Assembly: GCA_025201805.1 (NCBI GenBank)
Contig: MU619239.1
Coordinates: 403,000 to 466,999 of the forward strand
Reading direction: 5' to 3'
DNA from: Parasitella parasitica NRRL 2501
Lineage: Eukaryota; Fungi; Mucoromycota
DNA length: 64,000 nucleotides
Shown here piece by piece: positions 1 through 14,661 of the stretch. The position numbers and the translations under genes were made by a program. The notes below the pieces were generated by a model. The model was not told where the DNA came from. It saw only the letters and a list, made by a program, of their open reading frames with translations, and did not search any database. Every line of letters starts with the position of its first letter. The first letter of the stretch is position 1.

Positions 1-591
1 AAAGCTTTCGTAAATTTATAAATTTAAGCGTTGTATCCAAAATTTGTATATATTTTGAATCTTTCCAAGTGAGACAGCAATAAACCAAACCAACGCTTAT
101 TTTATACACTTTGTGTGCCCCTCGCTTCATGGGTTTTGGGACAGCGCATCACAATTGACGATTGATGTTGTATTTTGTGATCCAGGAGATATGATATTAA
201 TTGAACTATTTGAAACCCAATAACCTCGTTTTGAGCATTTTCATTGGTCGTTTAGAATTAATTGCTCAATTTTATTGGCTTAAAACCACATTTAAACCCA
301 ATAACCTGTAAACTAGAGGTTATGATTGGATTACATGACCCCACTTATGAGCAGTGAGCCTTCTTTTTCTTTTCTATACAAAAACGAAAGAAAAAAGCTC
401 AATGCGTTTCAAACTCCGGAATATCTGTATGTATGCTGTGCTGCCATGGTTTCTGTGTGATTTTGAGGAGGTTTGGGTTTATGATACCGCATACTTGTAT
501 TTTATTTAAGCTAAGCAAGATTCGGGAAACTTGTGAAATGCATTGCAAGGAAAAAGAATTAATAACTTATAGTGCTTGTGAGGTAGTTGCC

Positions 592-3500
592 TTAATCTTC
601 TTCGATGAGATTAACGGTTGTATTTTCTTCTTTGATTTCGTCAGTCTTCTTTTTTACTACCCTCTTTCTCTTCTTGGTTCGTTTGGTGGCAAGAGGCTGG
701 GCTTGGCTTGCAAGTATTTCGTCCTCCTGCAACACGTTGTCCCATTCCTTCAAAAGAGCTTCAAGGTCACGACGCCAGAAAGTCTTGGGAGGCGTACCTT
801 GAACGTCTTGAAGCTGGCTGTGTTTAGCGTCCTTTGATTTGAGTGCTTCTGCAACCTTTTGAGCTGTAAAACCACGAACATTGATGGTGAACAGGTACTC
901 ATAGCCTGTGCCGTCTTGACTATCATTGTTGTCGTCGTCATCGTCTACAACTAAAGCATTCTTCTTCTTGCGAGGATATATCTGCTTCAACCCATGCTTC
1001 TTCATATCGGCAATGACATCCTGCTCCTTTCGATTGACATAAACCAGCTTCTTGTTGATGACAAGGTCGATGAACTTGGCCTTGTTTTCGAGACGATCAT
1101 ATTCATCCTGAAGGACTAGAATGAGGTGTTGCTGTCATCAGCAATGTTAGACATAGCTTTGCGAGAAATGCCTTGTCTTGTGCACCTACCTTTCTCTTTT
1201 CATAGTACTCGAGACGTATGGGGTAGAACTCCCTCAAGATTTCTTCGGCAGAATCATATTTTTTGAGCTTGCCCTCCCTATTGAAGCACACCATGTTGGT
1301 TGTATTAAGGTTGGAAGTAAGTTTGAGGATCTTGTGGATATCTCCAGTCTCTGCTTTCGCCAAGTTTTCTTCGTCCAATTCAAGTGTGAGCTCTACGGCC
1401 GAGTCAGTAGAGTTGTTGAAGTAATCCTTATAAAGAAAAAGAAAGAAAAAAAACATGAGTTACTGCGCGAATTTTCAAAATGGCATACCTACAGTGATTT
1501 GAAGAGGTGGTGGTCTCTTTGGATCTTTGGGATCACGGCAGCTGTCCAAGAAATCCTTGTAAGAATCCGTCCAGACGCGAAGAGGCAATTCAGTAATCTT
1601 GATGTGGCCCTCTTGACTCACTTCAGCGATACCTTTAGTGACGAATTTACCAGTTCCACTGACAACTTCGCCCTTGAAGCCTCTGAACCAAGGACGCATA
1701 GGAACAATCTCTTCATCATTCATGATGCGGATAAGATTTTCAATGATTTCCCTTGGATCGTAGTTTGGAACATTAGTACTCCAGCCCATACCGATGCCGT
1801 CTGCGCCATTTACAAGGATCATGGGTAGAACAGGGACAAACCACTCTGGCTCGATAGGCTTGTTTTCCTCAATCAAGTAGTTCAAGAGCTCATCGTCATC
1901 GGGATGGAACACCAAACGAGCAATCTTGTGAAGGCGAGTGAAGAGATAACGAGGACTGGCAGCAGATTTACCGCCTTCGTGGCGAGTACCAAACTGACCA
2001 GCAGGAACAAGCAGATTAATGTTGTTGCTACCAACAAAGTCTTGGGCCATGTTAATGACAGTTGCAGCGATGGTAGCTTCACCATGATGATACTGTGTAA
2101 GACCAGCAACGTAATTTGCAAACTGTGCCACCTTGACTTCAGAGTTCTTTCCGCGTTTGCAAGCACCAAAGAATACCTTTCGCTGACCTGGTTTAAAGCC
2201 GTCGACAATGCTAGGAATAGTACGGATATTGTTGGCCATACTGAACAATAGTAACTCACGATTCACGAAATCGTCAATTCGGATCTTGCTGACACTGTGG
2301 TCAATGAAAATACCAGGCTCATAGGTATCCAGCCATGCCTTGCGATCGTTCACTCTTTTTTTGTTGAAGGCCATGTCGACCAGTTCACGGGCTTCTGGAG
2401 TTGGTGTAGCAAATTCCTTTTTGTGAATTTCCAGTTGACTAAAGTATTTACGGGCGTCTGCTTTATCAGAGGTACCCAAACCCTTAAAGTACTTGGGTTC
2501 CCATTCACTGTTTCTGTTGTGCTCTTCCGCCCAAGTCTCGTATTCAGGGATTGTAAAGAAGGAGATTTCCTGCTTGGTTCTCTTGTGCTTACAGCGGATA
2601 ATAGGGGTGATGAATTCCAGCAAGAAGCCAGGAATATCCAGCAAGGAGGGGAACATACTGTCGATAAAGTTGATCAAAAGACCCTTGATGTGAGAACCGT
2701 CATGATCCTGATCGGTCATCAGCATCAACTTGCCGTATCTCAGCTCACTGACATCCGTGTACGTCTTGTTATGTTTCAAGCCAAGAATCGCTTTGATGTT
2801 GGTGATTTCAGCACTATTCATGATATCCGCAGCTGAGGAATCACGGACGTTTAGCACTTTACCACGCAGAGGGAAGACGCCGTACTTGTCGCGACCGACA
2901 ACGGAGAGACCGCTGAGGACAAGCGCTTTAGCAGAGTCACCTTCCGTCAAGATCAACGTACAAGACTTGTTATGGGGCCGAACACCAGCCAGATTAGCGT
3001 CTTCAAGCTTGGGGATGTTGAGGCGACGGGCCATAGTGCCTTTGTCAGCCTTCTCCATTTTTTCGTCCTCCTTGAACTTGACCCATCTTACAATGTTGTC
3101 AATGATACCAGAATTCTTGATGTTTTTGATGAATGCGTCAGTCATTTTGTACGTAGAGCCAAAGGCACTGGCACGCAATGTCATGTTCTCCTTGGTTTGA
3201 GAATCGAAAGCAGGGTTTTCAATCAGGCAGTTGATAAAGAGACACATGTGGTTTTTGATTTGGAAAGGTTTAATGTTCTTGCTATGTGCTTTTTTTTGTA
3301 CCTCGGGAAGCAGGTGTTTTACAATTTGATCGGCAATGTAGTTGACATGAGTGCCACCTTTGGCTGTGCAAATGCTGTTGACGAAACTGACTTGGTTGAA
3401 TTGGCCATCACTAACAGCAAAGTTTACAGTCCAGCGAGGGCAATCTTTGTTGTTGCCCACAATGATAGGGGCCGAGCCTTCTTTAGGACGGAATTCTATG

Positions 3501-4941
3501 GTGTGTGAATACAAATGGCAGTAATCTTGAAAGGTCTTGACCTCGATCTTTGTGCCATTTAGCGAGACATGGACGCCCTTACATATACCGGCTAAATCGT
3601 AAACACGCTTCTTGATGAGAGCCTCGAAATCTTCGTCCATTTCCGTCAAATTGAACTTTTCGAGGTCGGGTTTGAATGAAATGCGAGTATATTGTTCGCC
3701 TCTGCCGTTGGCAGTGATGTTGGGCTTACCAATAGTCGTCATGTTATTCTTGAAAACTTGCTTGTACTTGAGCTTTCGTTCTCTGTCGCCAGTTTCCACA
3801 GTGAATTCAGTGCTGAAAATATTGCAAAGCTTGGCACCGTAACCGTTGCGGCCACCAGTAACCTTCTTTTCATTGTCGTCGTAATTGGAAGATGTTAAGA
3901 GATGGCCGAAAATCAATTCAGGAACATAACAGTTTTCGTCTTTATGCATTGTGATGGGAATACCACAGCCGTTATTGCGAATTGAAATAAAGTTCTGGCT
4001 GCGGTCGATTACCACTTCTATAGCGTTCATGGATGGATCACGTATCTATAGCAAGCTGATAAGCGCTGTGGTCCTTAATACACACCAAATGTCTGGAGAC
4101 GGTTACCTTGTTATCGGCAGCATTGACTAAAATTTCGTCAATGATCTTGTAGAGGCCAGGGACGTAATTTATCTTTTTTTTAATAATTGTATTGTTCTCA
4201 GAGTTGAAAATGTACATTTCTTGCTCTTCAGATTCAATAGAGCCAACGTAGGTGTCTGGACGAAGCAAAATATGCTCCAACTGTGTCTTTTTCTGGTAAA
4301 TCTCTTCGATCGTCTTGTTGTTGGGTGTGCTTTCGTTAAAATCCGCAGCATTCGATGCCTCTGTCATTTCGGTATCCTGCGAAACGAAATCATCTAGTGC
4401 AGGTGTGGAAGTCTTTGCTTTTTTCAATGTCTTTGGAGTAGTGGCTTTCTTTTTAACAGCTTTAGGCTTTGGCGTAGATGGCGATTCAGGTGAACTGTCT
4501 GCAGCATCGTCATCTTTGGCGGTAGAGACTGTAGTCTTTTTAGGTTTGGCTGCTTTGGCTTCTTTGGCTGCTTTGGCTGTAGTGGGCTTTGGAGAACCGG
4601 TTTTCTTTGCGGATCCCATGTTAAAAATGGGTGCAAGAGGAAGGCTGTTGGCATCAGCAGTTGCTGTCTTCTTGGGCGTTCTCTTGATGGGTGTTTTCTT
4701 GACGCTAATAGGCTCCTTGGCTTTACCCTTGGAAACACCAGCTGCTGCTTTACGTCTCTACATTATACAAGATGAATAATCACAGGGATCAAAGTGGCAA
4801 GATGCTTACCTTTGATGCAGGTGCTCCGTACTCGTCGTCTGACTCGTCATCTAGCTCAAAGACATTGTCATCATTGTTGAAATCATCGTCTTTATCCGAA
4901 TCAATCTCGTAGATTTCAGGATCGTCTTCAAAATCGCTCAT
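592..4941 (-). CDS. TOP2: DNA topoisomerase II (type IIA), 5 exons
   Basis: GHKL motifs (EILVNAADNK, GGRNGYGAKL), TOPRIM motifs (EGDSA, PLRGK, DQDHDG) and catalytic Tyr (SAASPRY). ATG at 4941; GT-AG introns at about 4809-4758, 4106-4046, 1492-1427 and 1189-1132 join the ORF-track pieces in frame. Confidence 0.97.
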
Positions 4942-4986
4942 ACTCTGATAGTGAAATCGGAAAAAGTAAAGAGATGTTCAAGATTT

Positions 4987-5008
4987 ACGCGCAAAAGCAC
5001 GCGTCAAA
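4987..5008. promoter_or_regulatory. MCB-like cell-cycle elements upstream of TOP2
   Basis: ACGCGT at 4999-5004 (context ACGCGTCA) and ACGCGCAAAA at 4987-4996, 45-65 bp upstream of the TOP2 ATG. Confidence 0.5.
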
Positions 5009-7320
5009 GGGGATCAATCCGCTCAGGAGTCACATTATGCTATTATGGTACCGTACATCCACCGTTTATTGGGAGTGTTTGAAATAACTACTGTAGGACT
5101 TGGGCATCAGTGTCTTTAGCTACTAAATTCTCCCGTCGTAGCCATGGCAATAACTAGGCCAGCACCTGTTATGAGAAGCACAAAGATCCATATGAAGGCG
5201 GTTCCTCTAGTACAGCAATCATCGCCAGCTCTAAATGATCTCGGTGCTGATGCAGCAGATGTCGATGTAATGGATGAGGGCATTTAATATTTAGAAAAAT
5301 CTTTGTGTTTTTTGTTAAAAAAAAAAAAGTGTAGACATCAGCCCAATATATAGATATTGGTTACAATGAGTCCCCAGTTGAAGTATTCGAGAAGAATTGT
5401 TCTGCTTGGCAACTTTTATTTCATTGTCGTGTAAAGTATAGTTGTCAACACCTCTTTTTTTTTTCTTTTTTTTTTTGCGGGATTTCATTGCTACAGCTAA
5501 ATTTTATTCAGGATCTCATTTCATATATGTATGTTTGAGGAAAACTACTTGAGATTTTCAACATTAATTCAAGATGATTAGGTTCGGTTGTCTGATGCAA
5601 TTCCGTAGATTGTAATTCAAACAGATAACTTGATGGATTAATGGTTTTTTGGTCAAACTAATAAGGTAAAATAATGCCATGTTTATTCATTTAGAAATAA
5701 TTATTGATTCGTATATTTTGGCGATTTGGAATCAAGTAATAGAGTCTTTTGAAAGCTACTTCTAGCAATCACGGTAGCTCTAGTCTCGATCGTTGATTAT
5801 GCCCGAGTAGGAAAGGATCAAAAAAAGACCACCTCCAAGCAATATGATAACAAGAAGTATTGCAGCAACGCCTTTTTTAGTACAGCATCCTTCCTCCTTT
5901 GCTGCTGACGAGTTTACTGATGGTGTTGTTGACATTTTGCTCTTCAGGATTTTTGCGACTTACTTTTTTTTTTTAGCTAAAACATCTATCCATTATATAA
6001 ATATTATCATTACAATGAGACCATATTTTAGCCAATCTGTGTAAAAGGATCTGTGTGATTAGCAACATTTTATTTGTTGATTTTTTTGCATGAATTAGTT
6101 GTCAACAAGTTTTATTTATTCATGGCAGACGACTTATTTCTACACCAACAAAAGACGTGTAATTAATGTTGCAGGACAAGAAGATTTCATGATTTCGCGA
6201 TGTACGCTATTAACGATTGTTCCTGAAACCCACTGTCATATTATTTCAAGTTCGATCTGCGTATATGTATGTAGGGTAAATGATTTAATATGCATGAAAA
6301 TATCACATATTGTATGTATATTTATATCGTATCATACAACACTCTTATTTCAACCAAAAAAAGAACTACTCTTGCATATAACTTTTGATACATGTGTCGC
6401 CCAATGGAAACAAAGTATATAATGGATAGCCCTGAACGTGGCGGTATCAGACAAGCATAAATCATGGCTTGGTTTGTTTTTGAGCAAAGGTACAAGCATT
6501 TTATGTGCATTTTTTTGTATAAAAGTTGGTGTTTTCAAGAGCCAAATGTTCATGTATATGCTTGCAATGGGAACTAGAAGGTATTTATTAGATGAAATTG
6601 GTTTCAGGGTATAATGGCACATTAGTTTGACTTGAACAATGGGCGATGTCTATAGCAAAATTATAGTCATATACGATACGGTGATAGCGAAGCGAAAGAA
6701 TTACAGAGATACCACATCAATACAAGTATAGCTATTTGTCAAGGAGATCCCCGTCATCGGTTCATTTTCCATTATCTACACTATGCTAATGTGTTTTGAG
6801 TACCGCATATCCTATATACATGCCAAATCCTGTTTGTAATAGGTTTGCATGAAGTTTAGCAATACCGGGTATACTTCTAGAATTACTAGATAATATGATA
6901 GAACGCGCTTCGTTATAAACAGTGGTGCACACTTTATTTTGGGCCGTTTTCATGTATATTTCAGGTTTAAATTATTGTTAATATACAATGCATCACAAGC
7001 AAAAGCAGTGAACCGGGTATTGTTTCTTGGCCATGTATTTCATTCCATCTAGATGGTAATGGAATGCTTAGCGAGATTTTCATGTAAATGAAATCTAGCC
7101 AATTGATATTTAGCCAAAAGTATTAAATTCTAGGGTCATTCATTTCTGAATTTCAGGTATGTAAAAAAATATTAGTATACCTGGATTTACGCAGCTCAGA
7201 TTACATATAGAGGAAAAAAGAATAACGTCAATTTTTGATAGTAGTTTATAAAATAAGTTACAGAGCGTTTAAAGATATATATAAATATATAGGAGAAAGA
7301 AAAGAAAAAGGGTATCATGG

Positions 7321-7689
7321 TTAATATTTTGTGGGAATTGGTCTTGCTAATGATGATGTAGATACAGAGGTAGATCTGTCTCGTTTCCTTGACAGTGCAC
7401 TGAGAAAATGCTTAAACCTCGACGCAGTGTGATCTTTTGTATTTGTGCAATACTCTTGCTGAGGCGAGGTTGAGGCTATTATGATTTTAGTATTACTGCT
7501 AATATTCTTTTCTGGAATTGCAATGGGTTGCGTTGTGGTTGAGCCCAAGGCGGGATCTGACAATGTTAAAGAAGCTGTGGAATACACAGAAGACGATGAT
7601 TGTGAATGTGGAGTGGTTGATAATTCTTGAATCATGGATTGCGATAGATCAATGTCAAATCTCTCTGTGAATTTTGAAGCAGAAGACAT
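7321..7689 (-). CDS. Hypothetical Ser/Thr-rich protein (122 aa)
   Basis: Uninterrupted ATG-initiated ORF, more GC-rich than its flanks, with protein-like composition (PIAIP, RKRDRSTS); no recognisable domain. Confidence 0.6.
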   Translation of the reverse strand: MSSASKFTERFDIDLSQSMIQELSTTPHSQSSSSVYSTASLTLSDPALGSTTTQPIAIPEKNISSNTKIIIASTSPQQEYCTNTKDHTASRFKHFLSALSRKRDRSTSVSTSSLARPIPTKY

Positions 7690-7766
7690 GGTTATATACT
7701 GATAAAGATAATTGAAAGGAGTGAGGCAAGAATGTAATGTTGCTTATATTTATATGCCCTTCAGGA

Positions 7767-7803
<37 letters not shown>

Positions 7804-8119
7804 TTTGACTCGTAACCAATACAAAAGCATAATTTGAACCCTCTTTTTGACAATGCATCATCTCCGCCTATTCTTTTTCTCTACTAATTCGTAGCTTATT
7901 TTTATGTTTGTCCAAACCAACAAATGTACTTGGTGAATTCCAATACGTTGTTCTACAATTCATATTGAAATGCAAAAGCTATCCGGCAAAGCAATCAAAC
8001 ATGTGCTATTTGGATATTCGGATGAATCCAGACCATTTTTTGCTTGCAAGACCCTAATTTAGGCAATTTTCCATCTGACATCATGGCTCATAAACAAGCT
8101 TTTGTATTTAACCTCTTGG

Positions 8120-8520
8120 ATTTATTTTAATAATATGATATATAGGAGCTCATTACAAATATGCAGGCCTATTTCTTGAACATTCTTGGGTACTAGCGAC
8201 GCATGCCATAACTCAAAAACTGAAAGAATTCTTATGTCTACGCTGAAACTATTTTTAAACAACCTCACTTGATTTGGCATCAGTGCGCTGGTTCTGCTTT
8301 TGGGAATATAAAAGTAATCATGATTTTCGACTAGCCAATTAAAAATTCTCAATCTGCCTAATGTTTAGCCGGGCAATCAGCATCGAGATCAACCATAGTG
8401 CCTTGAAGCAAGTTTTTGGTATTGGTTCTCCCGTTCTCTCAAAATTTACCAAATATTGGATAGTAAAGACGGGACAGACATGATGTAATTTTGAAATCGT
8501 TCATACCACGGAATCACTAT
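8120..8520 (-). mobile_element. Possible degenerate Tc1/mariner transposase N-terminal (HTH) fragment
   Basis: Minus-strand translation near 8420-8470 reads TIQYLVNFERTGEPIPK, resembling the F-x-x-T-G-x-x-x-P-K end of the Tc1 HTH. Stops and frameshifts surround it; weak evidence. Confidence 0.25.
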
Positions 8521-9355
8521 AGTAGTAATCTAATATCTTCTTTCCTTCCCCAAATTCATCTTAAAGATTTTGATTGACATAGTGTGCCTGGCCCTGCCAA
8601 AAGTTTGAGAGAGCTGGGAGCATTTATTATCCTTTGCGTAATGTGTGAGAAGAAAAAGGTCAACAGCGTAGTATTCGTGTAATGATTATACTACTCCTCT
8701 ATTTCCTTTATAGCCCAACGGCCGTATCATGACCTTTGACATCGGAACGATAATAATGCATGAATACTTGTCGTTCTTTATTTCCATTTCTCTTGTACAT
8801 AACGTTAAGCATTTTACTATATTTCGTCTCATTTATGTTTTTACAATGAATAAGCGTATTTTTTTTTTAAAAAGATTACCCTATTCTTTCAGATAGTAAA
8901 AGCTTTACAAAGAAGAGGCATTTAAGCAGAGAGAGCGACATTATATTACTCAAACTTTACTAACGGATTACCACCTATCATCAGATTCAAAACCTCGGTA
9001 ATGCAGTATCGCCAATGGAAATCCCAATTTTGGTTGCCTGCGCAGAAAGCTTTGTTTTGACAACGATGCCACTTTTAGATTAAAGACGTGGCAAAAAGCT
9101 CATCAAGTATCAAAGGGGAGGGGGGTAGAAAACTGTAAGCACTGAGGCCGATGCCTTGTCTCTTGATTGAGTTACTGCTTATAAAAAGGCCAAGATTATT
9201 TTATAAAAATGTCTACAATATATTTATTTTTAATAAGAAATCATCCTATAAATAATCTACAAATAGTGAGGGTGGAGGAGGGTGGGAAAAGTTTACATGT
9301 AATGTTGGTTTTTAAGGTAAAAAAGGGATATTTAAATCAATTAGCTAAAGATGAT

Positions 9356-11513
<2,158 letters not shown>

Positions 11514-14059
11514 TTGTTAGATGATTGGAGAAGAAAAAAAAGGTGGAGAGATGGAAAAGAAAGACGATGAAAGGCAGAAATCTGAAGGGTCTCTTTATAT
11601 GCCAGGTACCTTACGAAAAATATATTTGCCGGGGTTGACTCTAAAACGAGTTTAATTCGTCCCGATTCTTCGATTTTTGAAAATGAGCTGCCCAAAGGTA
11701 AGGCGGGGATCTGAATAACAGCCAATCTTGTCCTATAGCCTTGTGCTAGAATATGCTAGCAAACTGTTAAGATTTTGGTGCAATTGCCTTTTTTGAACAT
11801 ATTTAAATGGTGCACAGGTGCTGTCCACATTCATCTCATTTGGGATAAATAATCGTTTTTTGACTCATCAATGCAATGAGTGTGATTTTTCTGTTTTTCT
11901 ATTTTTCTTCTTTTCTTTCAACATGGGATATACAAACATCCATCGGGATTTTATGGCCAGCAGAAATCCGCAGTTTACAACTACGGATAAATGCTTTACA
12001 TATATCATAACAGTTCTTGCTGTTCGTATTTATCGAATATCATACACATAGAGCAAAAGTGGAAACATTTACATAGTTACACGGTTTCTACCAAGACATT
12101 TATATGCCTGGGCTGCTTTTAAGGTTGGGATAAGGTACTACGTAGACCGTTAAATAAGATAGCTGTTATAAAGTAAAGATTCAAATTGAAGTCCACATTG
12201 CTGAACGCTGTATTTTATGAAAAGAAACGACCAAAAAAGAACAGTGTTGTTAAAAAGTCCCTAATTGAGAGATTAGAGGTGTTTAATCTCTAATAAATAT
12301 TAACAGTATAAATTTGTTTAATTTCACGTTTGATGGTATGCGTTACAAACAAATCATTTAGTTGAGAATCTAGAGTGATTCGCGCTGGAAAGAGATCCTG
12401 TTTTCGACTAGAATTTTCTTTTCGTATTAACGAATTGCCTACAATAGTAACTATAAATCAAAATTGAGATAAAATGGAATACTTTATTTCACAAAGCCTC
12501 AACTGCTTCGCGGTTCTTTCTGGTCTTTTTGCTCAATTCAGATATCACATTTTGTTTGGTATCAACTATCTACGTAATTCCTTTGAGTTTATTAAACAAA
12601 GTAATTTTGAACACCCCTTAGTTTCTTGCAACATTAGCCACAAAGAAATGCAGAGAGCTTTCGTTACAACATGAATTCTGTCATCCTTCAAGTGTCAAAC
12701 AAAGACACTTTTTCTTGAGTCTGTTGCGAAAGAAGCTTTGAATGCAAATTCGCAACAGTTGTTGTCATTGTTGTAAGCTTATGATAAAGTCTCACGCAAA
12801 CATCCTAGGTGACGTAACGTTGAGTGATTAGTGAAATGCAAGGGTAGAAAAGGCAATGCAACTCATGAAGAAGGTCAGTGTATGCATGAGTTATCTCATA
12901 TCAAATGGTGTTAAAATTTCAAAGATATGTATTGCTGCATTTGTTTATCTTTCTAAACGGGTTTTTCTTTGTGAGCAAACATACCTACGCACACAGGTAC
13001 TGGTAACTTTGTAATATCTAAGGCCATGTTGAAGGATTTTGGGAGGCATTAGAGTAAGTGTTGGCCATGAGCGGTCTCCGTAGACTTGGAAAGATGTCAT
13101 TTAGCTACGATACAGCTAAATGATCGATACCGTTTTGCCTTGATTACATTCTTGGCAGAACATTAATGAAGAAAGACAGCATAAATCGTATTGTGATCTG
13201 TGCCACAAAAATGACGACCCTTGGGATTAATTTCCTAGTGATCCCAATGCCCTCTCCAATTTCGCAAACACAACTAACTGAAGCCCCATTGTACTCTTGA
13301 TAAGACGGTTTTCACATGCCACAACTAGGAGCTACGCTAGCTGTCGTCTCGTTATCGCAAGGACGTCTCAATATTGCACGATTCATTTTGGTATCAATGC
13401 AATCTCTAACACCAGCCAAGTTCCTTCCAGGCAAAGTGAGCGCATGTCTTCATCAAATAGCTGGAAAGTGCACATCTTCATTTATGGTTAAATAAAGTAT
13501 AAAGCAATCCTTTATAAAGCTTCATTTCCTGTCTGTAAATTTAAAAACGGCTATTGTATGACTAGAACGAATTTCGACTAATGTAAAACCAAAGACAAGC
13601 TATTTATGAAATACCAGGAACCACTGTCAGAAAATGGAGAGATTGATGTTTCTTTCCCTCTGCTCTTTTGAGACAACGAATCGTAGGAGACTGTAATAGG
13701 CACCAAATGAGATGTTCTAATCTGAAATCTCACTGTGAACAGCCCAGTAAAAAAAATTTTCTTGTATCAGAAAGAACAGATGTATACAGCATTTGGCAGT
13801 AGTGTACTGGGTAAAAAAACTCTTCTTCTCTTTGCAAATTCTGTAAGCGTTATTCATATACACTAGAGTAACCCGCACCCATGGCTTGCCCATGAAAAGA
13901 GAAAAAAAAGGGGTAATTGAAAGGATGCTCTCCATGTAGCGGTATTTAGCTGGTTGTTCAAATAACTGGGGTTGATTTGCTTCGAAAAATAATAATAAAA
14001 AAATAACAATAAATAGTGATAGGATGGAAATAATAATATAAATTCATTCTTCAGAATTT

Positions 14060-14065
<6 letters not shown>

Positions 14066-14122
<57 letters not shown>
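14066..14122 (+). repeat. Poly(T) tract, 57 nt, upstream of the CHD gene
   Basis: Direct read of the homopolymer. Confidence 0.9.
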
Positions 14123-14661
14123 CAAGAAAGATTTTAGGCATCGTTTTTTTTGCTTTGTTTAAAAAAAGAAGCGCCTGGACTAAATCTTATCGTCAGTAAA
14201 TAACAATCTAGGTGAGTATTTGGATAGATGAGGATTGCGGTCATTGGCGAGGATGGTGGAGATGGCAGAGGTGGGGAATTTGGCTTTGGTTGCCATGTTT
14301 ACCGTTGCTAGGAGAGACATGTTGATGGATGCAATTGTTTAGCTACACGTCAACTTCTTTCCAGACGCGAAGGCAAACACGAACCAATTACCAGAGACGC
14401 TGGTTAAAATAGCCAGCAGATAGAGAAATGGAATCTGGACATTTGGATGGAAAAAAACTTTTTTGTTGAACAATTTAAGCTGACTCTTTTTAGGAGATTT
14501 CCTTTTCACTTTTTTTTTTTTTCCTATTTTACACACCTTTTTGCTAACGTAAAATCAAAAGGAAATCGTTTAAAAGAAAGTGTAAAAAAGGGGAAAAACA
14601 GGGAAGCATCTCGAATTTACCGGAGACCATTTAGTCACGACTTTGTGTGTAGAACAACATT

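Noticed and set aside
433-4779. Multiple + strand ORFs opposite TOP2
   Set aside because: Antisense shadows of a codon-biased gene; no motifs, and many lack ATG starts.
13097-13123. Perfect 10-bp inverted repeat TCATTTAGCT-N7-AGCTAAATGA
   Set aside because: Isolated and AT-rich with no supporting context; compatible with chance in 64 kb.
13863-14141. Poly-Lys/poly-Phe ORFs (also 7655-7861 and 51273-51540)
   Set aside because: Translations of homopolymer tracts.
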